This document shows positions 55,550 to 64,000 of a stretch of 64,000 nt of DNA, in pieces; the first letter of the stretch is position 1, and each line of letters starts with the position of its first letter. The stretch is from the human T2T-CHM13v2.0 reference genome, Homo sapiens: the NCBI RefSeq assembly GCF_009914755.1, contig NC_060940.1; one strand, written 5' to 3'. Made by a program: the position numbers and the translations under genes. The notes beneath the pieces are model-generated. The model was not told where the DNA came from, ran no database searches, and was given only the letters and a program-made list of their open reading frames with translations.

Positions 55550-56400
55550 GGCCATATACAAGTATCAGTGCTTTCAACAGCAGGTAAGAGAAAACCCTAC
55601 TGCAAACGTGCTTGAATAGTAAGGATGTTGACTGGGACACATAACTGGAAGTGCAGAGGTTCCGTGAACCTCAGATTCCGGCCCCGTCTTCTCACTTGGT
55701 CCTCCTCCCTTGCCGGCTTCAGTCTGACAGCAGGATGGTCACAGCAGTTCCTGGCCTGTCTGCACACAACAATATTCAGAAGAGAGGGACTCTCGAAAAC
55801 AGCTCTGTTGGTAGAAAAAGAACAGGAGTCTCAGATGTCACTATATGTTTTCTAGTACTCATGTTTAAAAACGTAAACAAGGAACTAGTGAAATTAAATT
55901 TCCTAAAATATATTTTCTTTAACCCAACATATGTAAAATGCCAGCATTTCAACACATGATCAACCGTGAAGAAAAAAGTTAAGAAGGTATTTTGCATTCC
56001 TTTTTCATACTAAGTGTTGGAGAGATGATGATGTCAATTTGGATTCACCATGTTTCAAGTGCTCAGTAGCCATCTGTGTCAAGGGGTTACCTTGTGGGAA
56101 AGTGCAACTGTAGAAATTTCTAGAAGAGGGAGGAAGCCCCCGACAAACTGTGACTGGTATCCCAGTGGCACGATGGATTCACATGCCTTTTATGAAACAA
56201 TCACTGGCTGGGAGACAATTTTCTTAGGACCAAATTAAACCCATCTTTGATGCTGTGCTTGGAGGGATACGGGCTACCTATGAAAATGAGAAACATAAAA
56301 TGTAAATTTAAAAATGGAATAAAATGACTTTCTATTGGAAGGGGGTGTGTTGTACCATTGAGTGCTCTACCAACAATGTCTGTGAGAGACTGGCTTCTCT
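55550..56400 (-). mobile_element. old MLT1 (K/L-like) LTR split by MER33
   Basis: 'gcaggtaagagaaaaccctactgcaaac...cacataactggaagt' and 'aaacaatcactggc...accaacaatgtctg'. Confidence 0.45.
55800..56108 (-). mobile_element. MER33
   Basis: 'gtgaaattaa...ttaacccaacatat...catttcaacaca...tttttcatactaagt...tttcaagtgctcagtagcca'. Confidence 0.7.
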
Positions 56401-57254
56401 GTTAGAGACCTTCATTGACTCCTGGATGGAGGGTCCATTCTCTCCTTAAGTTCCTTTCCTCTAAATGAAGAGATCTCAGAGGTATGGGGTGGCGGGGGCG
56501 GGTAGGGGAAGGTTTCATCCTCTGTGGATGCAAGAAAGCTGACAGTGATGTAACAGACCCTGCCATTCAACTCCACAGAGATTGATTTAAGAGGCATCTG
56601 CTTCGTGGGGAGGATGGGGCCTTTTTGGGTTTAAAAGTGCTTTGTCAAGTAAACCCTATCTGCTGTTTAAGCAACTTCTGTGCCCTTAGTATTCAAAGGA
56701 ACCAGAATGAAAATTCAGGTGCTTTCCTTTAGGATTGGGAGAGGCTATGAAGTGTCAACACTCTGAGCAAGGGACTGTATGATAATAACAAAGTTTACCA
56801 ATAAGTAAGCAGACACTAAATAATTATATGGATTCCCCAATTTCATTTTCTAAAAGAAAGTAATGAGTAAAAGAATGTGAGGTGGAAGCAAATGGGTTTG
56901 TGTTCTTTATTCAAGAAATGTAAGTCATTAGATTCTATTTTCTCACTGTTCCTCCTTGTGATAAAGACGAATATTCAGGAGTTGTAGCAGCTGATTGTGG
57001 AATGCTGAATGTCCTCCAAGCATTGCTATTGCATGGGCTTGTTACTCAGGAGATGGAACTCAGACACAGCCTTTCTGAGCCTGAGGCCAGGGCAATGCTG
57101 TGTTCAGGTTAGGATCAAGAACGCCAAAGCACATGGTCCTCAGGGTTAGTGATTATTCCTGTGTGTTCCCTGTCTCTAGCTAGGTCAAGGGAAGATCAGG
57201 CACAGAGAAAATACATATTGAGTGAAACTGAAGGTCAGACACACATCTGTCTAT

Positions 57255-57500
57255 TATGAAAGCATGAACTTTGCTTTCAGTGAATCTGGGTTTTATTTAG
57301 CAATCCATCACTTTCTGATTATGTGACCTTGGACAAACGCCACAATATTTATAAGCCTCAGTGTTCCCATCTGTGTCACGGGGATAATGGCTACCTCATG
57401 GTCTCAGGGTTTGGAATGAATGAGATGATCTAAGTCAAGCAGTTACCACTGAGATTGTAATGTATAGCAAGAGCTCAGTAAACATTAATTATTAATACTG
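57255..57500 (+). mobile_element. MIR
   Basis: 'tatgtgaccttggacaa...agcctcagtgttcccatctg...ggggataat'. Confidence 0.7.
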
Positions 57501-57806
57501 TGGTTGTTAATATTCACTACTGTTGCCACAAAAGCAATGATAATGAAGCCAAATCCACTGCATACAAAATACTTTACTCCTTATGCCTTAAGCATTTTGA
57601 TAACAGACTAAGTTTTATTCACCTTTGCAAGTGCCAAAACAAATAATAATACTGTACTGGAGAAAAAAAAGAAACTTAATAAATATTAGTTGAAGGATGA
57701 ATAAGTAAATGAATTCATGAGTGAGATGATAGAAAAGTTGCTATGGTTTCCATGAAGAAAGAAGGTCACCTTAACAGAAGAGAGACTCTAAAGTGAGTTC
57801 CTAAAC

Positions 57807-58050
57807 CAGGCATCAGCACATTTTTTTCTGTAAAGGGCCAGATAGTAAATATTTTCGTTTTGTGGGCTACACAGTTTCTGTCATGACTACTCACTTCTGC
57901 TATTGTAATGCAAAAGTAGTCATAGACAATACGTAAAGGAAGGAGCATGACTGTGTTGTAATACAACTTATATTGTTTATTTATTTATTTTTTTTACAAG
58001 AACAGGTGGCAGGTCACATTCAGCTCATGGGCCTTAGTGTGCTGACCTCT
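57807..58050 (-). mobile_element. MER58A
   Basis: 'ttttttctgtaaagggccagatagtaaatatttt...catagacaatacgtaaa...caggtggcagg'. Confidence 0.85.
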
Positions 58051-58916
58051 ATCCTAAGTAGAAGTCCTGTATGCAGCTCTCCTGACTGCTGTGTAATCAG
58101 TCACTCTCCCCTTGGCCATTCTGTAGCCTTTTGTTCATGCGTCTACTAGAGACAGTTCATACTGAATTTTTCTCTGGTGCAACTTGACATGTTTACCACC
58201 TGCCATATTTATCTTTGATTTTAGATCAGGAATGAGTACCTTGCAGACTTCAGTATGAGCAAAGATCTGACCCCTGGGGTGCTCAGCCTCCTTTGAGGTG
58301 ACTTCATGATGGAAGCTAAAAGAAGAGACTGTCATTCTTGCTGAACAAATGATCCCAGATGTTCCAGAAGGAAGCTATGCTTTCCCTGGTAGAAACTGTA
58401 TTGACCACACAGAAACTTATGCCAGGGTTAGGGCAAATTACTCTTAGAGTATTGAGAACCACTGCTCCCAATTCAGTTCAGCACAGCCCAAATATTTCTC
58501 CAAAATCAGTGCATGAACAATGAACCATCCCTTTGTTGAATATGGCATCTGTTAAACAGCTTTTAATAATTTTTTAAAAATTCTTTTTTTATCTGAGAAC
58601 ATTTGTGGCCATCTGGACACGCTCCTTCCTAGCATTTCACTTTTAAGTTGGATGTAACTATCAGATGTTCCTGCACAGATTCTGGGACAGATCTGGGTAT
58701 CATTGAACAGACATCAATTATACCGATGTCATGAGGCGTGTCAATCTCAGCAGGGAAAGTGACAGCTTCCTTATCATCAAACCAGCCAGCCTCCTGGATA
58801 ATTTGCTGGTATTGTCGATAACAGATCATGGTAGTGTTGGGTATGAGCATACTGTTCTCCACATCATTCTTCCTTGTTGATTTTCTTCCCCCACCCCTCC
58901 GAAAAAACTGAATTTC

Positions 58917-59225
<309 letters not shown>

Positions 59226-61609
59226 AACACTGAATCTTCTCTATTTTCCACATTGTGGGCATTATTGTTTCTAGAACTGAGTGCCCCTAATAGATTAATT
59301 CCTCCTTTAAGCATAACTTTAGGACAATGCAGACTCACCTTTTTCCTTGAACTTAAGTCCTTTTAATTTTGCTTTTATTCCAGAAGAATATATGTCAGAA
59401 TGTTTCCCCATTTTGTCAAGTCCTGGGAAACTGATTTAAGCATGACTGGCAATTAAATAAATATTTAAGCCAATTCTCTTACAGGCAGATGACTAGAGAT
59501 CACCTATATTAACTTGTTTCTGGGGACCTGTTAGGTATCTTTTTCTGTGCTTTTTAAGGAGTTTGCTTACAGCTTTTGAAGTGGTCCTCTTTTCTCTGTG
59601 CTTCAGTAAATCCTCTCCTAACTTTACTTTTTGAAATTAGATCCACATAATAAATCCCGACTCTATGATTTTATACAATTAGAATATTGATTTCACATTG
59701 TTTTGTTTTGTTTTTGAATTTGCCTTTTTATTTTTCACAACATAGACATTTAAGTTTCTCAATGAAGGCTTAAAAGTCATTTGATGCTTTGAGGTGAACT
59801 ATGATGGGCTCTTTTATATTTTCCTAAATGAAGAAAATGTTGGAATCCACCCTATGACAGATTATTGCTTAAGCTTAAGAATGACTGTTCTGGCTCTTGA
59901 TAATTAAACTCTCCTTTGCTAGTAATTTCAGGTCTATTAATCACCTGTTTGAAAACTGCTTCTTATAAAATGTTTCTATAGACTTCTATCCTTATGCATT
60001 TCAGGTTATGAAACACCAGAGGTTAGCAATGCCCCCTCCAGGAGTTTTGGGGAGTGTCTTTTTTGATGTTATATGCTAGGCATTCAATTGATCTGTCAAC
60101 CCTAAAGTCAGTGGGGCTGTGGTTTGTGTCATAATGATAGTTTTTCTATGATGAAACAAAAATTGTATTTGGGAATAATCAGAAAACTGTGTGAAAGTAG
60201 TGCTGAAGTAGATACTGGGTTGTAGCCCACTAAGACAGTCTTCATGTTCAATGCAAGGTGTGTCAGCCAGTTTCTACAGACATAAAGTCTCTGCATTTCT
60301 ATTTTCTCATCTATCAAAACATAATTGTAAAGCTTAGTGTGCATTTTTGGATCTCTTCCCATCCATCCCACAACCTTTTATCTGAGAATGTCTCCCTTAT
60401 AAGATCCATGAAGGGACCTCCAAAACCACATGGTGGCAAGCAAAGTCCCTATTCCCTCCTACATTGGTCATGTGCATTTGGACCAAAAACCATCACTTGC
60501 CCCAGAAAGAATCTTTGGTAGTTAGCTGGACTAATAAGATCCTTCCCTGCTTCAGAAAATAAAATTGGGACGTAAGCATACTGAGTCTTAAGCTGTGGAC
60601 ATTGAGAATGTAGTCTGCAATGGTCTAGTCATGTTTGTACCGCATGCAGTGAGACAGAGAAGAGGGCAGAGAGAGACCTGTAGAGAATTAAACTCAAAAG
60701 CTGATGTGATGGCAGGAAGGGGTGATTTCTTCACTTCCATTGGCAATATTCCAGTCTTGGCTCCCATTCCTCTTATGCCTGGCTTCCACTTCTTCCTCTT
60801 GGCTTCCATAAAACCCTTCTGTATCTTTCTACTTCACCCTCCTTTCCTTTTGTTTAATGTGATCTTTCCTACTGAATACCTTAAGACAGAAAGATAAAAG
60901 GAGATGTGTATCTAACATGCCTCCTCGAATGACTCAGATTTAGCCAATACTTTAGTTTCTCTTGCCATGTGCAGGCTGGCATGGGATATGCATACAGCAG
61001 ACAGGGTTTGTATTCCGAGAAATGCTATAGCAATAAAAATTTAAATGGAGTGATATTATCTATAGGTTTCCAGGTAGTCAGTGTAGTTTAGACATGGAGA
61101 AAAAAGCCTCCTACAAGAATAACGTCTGAGTCCAAGCTTGTATCATTTTAACTTCAATGTGTGTGTGTTTTTGTGTGCTTGGGTGTACACATTTTTTAAA
61201 AACATTTTCAGATTCCTTAAATCTGTGTTCATCTGATCGTTGGTTCAAGCCATCAGACCTGCCCTCTTGCCCACAATTCACAAAAATGACTCTTTGTTTC
61301 CACCTTCTTTTCCACCTTCTCCTCATTTCTATGGTTTTATAAGAGCCTGGGGGATGAAATAATTCATTTTGATTCCGCTAGAGGCAGACAGTAAGGACCA
61401 TTAGTATTGGCTTTTCCAGGATAACTAGGTGATTACATGGGGCAAGGAACAATGAAGACATTTTGTAAAATGAGTGCTTTATAGACATAATTTTATATAT
61501 TAAAAGAGCATAGTAGTTTGACCCTGGGAAGACTGAGGCTAGATTGTGAGAAGCTTTGATAATTATGATAAAGAATATGGGTTTTAGCTCAAAAGCAAAA
61601 AGGTCCCCA

Positions 61610-62030
61610 TTGAACTGAGAGACTCCAAAAACAGCCCTCAGTAAACTTCACCTTCCTAGTATTCGTGCCCTGGTATGGTTGCCTCCCACATGGCCTCTAG
61701 GCTGCTCCTATATTCACTTTCACTAATACAAAACAGCGGAAATGACTTCTGGCAGCGTTCATTTTTGTACTTTTGAAAGCCATAAGTCACCTTGTGAGAA
61801 GTTTCTCTACATTGATGGAGAGACCACATGGGGAGGCTCCTTGCTAAGGTGCTAGACATGTAAGTGAAGCCTTCTTGGCAATTCTATCCCAAGCCTCCAT
61901 CTGATTAGTGCTGCATGTAAGGTCCCAAGTGAGATCAGCGGAAGAGTCTTCCAGCTCAGCCCTAGTCAATCCAGAAGACTGTAAGGCATAATATAACAGT
62001 TTTGTTTTAAACCAGTGAGATAACCTAAAT
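61610..62030 (+). mobile_element. MLT1-family LTR (internally deleted)
   Basis: 'tggagagaccacatgg...agacatgtaagtgaagcc...ttgttttaaacca...agataac'. Confidence 0.6.
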
Positions 62031-62699
62031 AGCTCCCTTTGCTTCTCCCTCTCTTACTTTGTTTTTCTGCATACCTTTTCTGTGTTGTCTTGTTGTCTAT
62101 TTCACTCATACCCGAATACCTTCCACATGACATTATTGCATGCATAGTCTTATATAAAGCGTTCCTGGAACAGGCTTTTGTTAACACATTCTCCTATCAT
62201 TTTTTCCTGCTCTTCCAATTCCCCTTGGCTCTTTTAGGGGCTGCATGTATCAGGGGAATGTTGGAGATAAAATACAAAGAGCAATCTCCAAGGAAGAACG
62301 ATCATTGTACTCTTGAACATTCTGTGTCCCTCAGGGAAGTAATTAGCAACATCCAACATTAATTTCCAAGGTGAATTGGCTTGTGGGAGTAGGAGTACAA
62401 CATTCACAAACCTGAAGGGGTGGATTTTCTGATTAGCATGGCAAAAGACTCTTACCACTGTACTCATATGGTATCCTGTCTCAAGTGACTTTCTGTTCTC
62501 CAGATGTGCTGACAGTCTAAGCATAGGTATAATAACATTTAAAAATACCAAGTATCTTTGTGGCCTGGGTCCTTCCGACTTGATCATGACTTTCCACTCC
62601 AGAGCAGGGCATATGCCTGCTTCCACCCACCACACATGTTCAGTGGTTCCTTCTTCCTTCTCTATTCCATACTCCCCACCACCATCTGGTATCTATCCA

Positions 62700-63070
62700 G
62701 GTTTCAGCCCAGCTCTGCCCACTGAGTTCCCAGCCGTGTAGTCTTTGATAATTTTCTTAATCTCTCTACATCTCAGTTTCCTCATAAGCAAAATATAAAA
62801 CATGAGCTTCATCTTAAATATGAGGCATTGTAGTGAAAGACATAATGCAATAATGGACAGCAGGAATATTAGCATCACACAGAGTTTCACCTGCTTCCCA
62901 CATCTACATGGATAGACCTGGGCACATGCTGTCGGCTGTTAGGAGTCTCACTTTTGAATGAAGGTAAGATTAGTCCCTATGAAGCATTGGTTGTGAAAAG
63001 CAAACTCAATAATGCATGCCAAACCCTGAGCAATGTGCCTGGCCCCTGAGAAACTACCTGTTTGTAAATG
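62700..63070 (+). mobile_element. two MIR fragments
   Basis: 'cttaatctctctacatctcagtttcctcat', 'tgagcaatgtgcctggc'. Confidence 0.6.
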
Positions 63071-63469
63071 TTAACTACTATTTTAGCACAGGGTGGCTGC
63101 TACTTTTTAAATGATAGATACATTTTGAAAATAATGTCATTATGGCTGTGTGGGGGGAGGAGGAGTCCAAACCAACAACCTGAAAAATATTTGACTTCAG
63201 TTGGAGCTCCCAAGACAATACGACGGAAATGAGATGACAAAGATACATCTTTAAATACCATTTTGTTCCTGATAAAGACTTCATCCTTCTCTTCATAAAA
63301 AAATTATAACTGCAGCTAAACTTTCTAGGGATGCTTCCTGATTTTAGAAAGAACTATCTTCATGCATGCTAAATGGGAATCAGCAGTATTTTTCCATGGA
63401 CTTTCCTAGCTGCTTTACATAGTTGCCTCTTTACCAAACGCTATGTTTTGAATACTAAAATGCTCAAAA

Positions 63470-63660
63470 TCTCTTGATCAGGATATTGAATTAGGAATCC
63501 AAGGTTCAAGTCCAGGCTGTGTCACTTGGTGACTGTATGCCTTCAGAGAAGTTATTTAAGCTCTCTGAGGCTTGATTTTTCCCTCTTGCAAAATGCAGAT
63601 TCCACGAACGAGATCAGAATGTGAATTAAAGTATTGTTAAATGTGATTTATTTGGGGGCA
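63470..63660 (+). mobile_element. MIR
   Basis: 'ggttcaagtccaggctgtgtcact...aagttatttaagctctctgaggcttgattttccctcttgcaaaatg'. Confidence 0.7.
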
Positions 63661-64000
63661 ATAAACTGCACCATTAAAACAAGTGTCGTTTGGCATGAGA
63701 CTGCTAGGTGTCCCTGGCCAAGTACCCCCATCTTCTTCAGAAAGAGCTAGCAAGGCAAAGATGACCTGTCCACTCTGATTGGTTGTGGCTGCCTAGGAAA
63801 TTATGATGAAAGGGATTCTGAGGATGCATCTAGCTGAGTGTTAGCGTTGAAATGTATTGGTGATGTCTGCCACAGTCATGGAGGGAGACATTACTGCTCA
63901 TACATACTTTGCCATCTCAGATGAGGGTACTCCCTTTGGGGCTAGTTGATTTGAAAAGGTCACACTATAAACTCAGGGGTGGAGAGAAGAGTTCTGATTA

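Overview
Primate, very probably human, non-coding DNA (large intron or gene desert). The human assignment rests on an AluYb8, an essentially human-specific subfamily. I can support no host protein-coding exon, RNA gene or CpG island. The only real coding sequence is a dead, 5'-truncated ~5.6-kb L1PA2-type LINE-1 on the minus strand (29038-34644): ORF1 has a late nonsense codon and ORF2 is broken by frameshifts and a stop. The rest is a mosaic of seven Alus plus a FAM monomer, MaLR/ERVL solo LTRs (THE1D, MSTB, MLT1, LTR16, LTR33), many hAT relics (MER5, MER33, MER58, MER63, MER3), old L1M/HAL1, L2 and MIR fragments, and simple repeats. Between them lie several repeat-free, homeobox/POU/GATA-motif-rich blocks that look like developmental enhancers. 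I did not find a convincing new biological system. The best leads are mechanistic: template-switch signatures (a palindrome-perfecting mutation and substitution clusters inside L1 ORF2, a 50-bp templated copy 861 bp away, a fold-back AT array), an L1 cut exactly at its ORF0 start with no TSD, a microexon-like splice arrangement and a four-site GATA cluster. Repeat subfamily names come from remembered consensus sequences, not a RepeatMasker run. Boundaries of old repeats are approximate.
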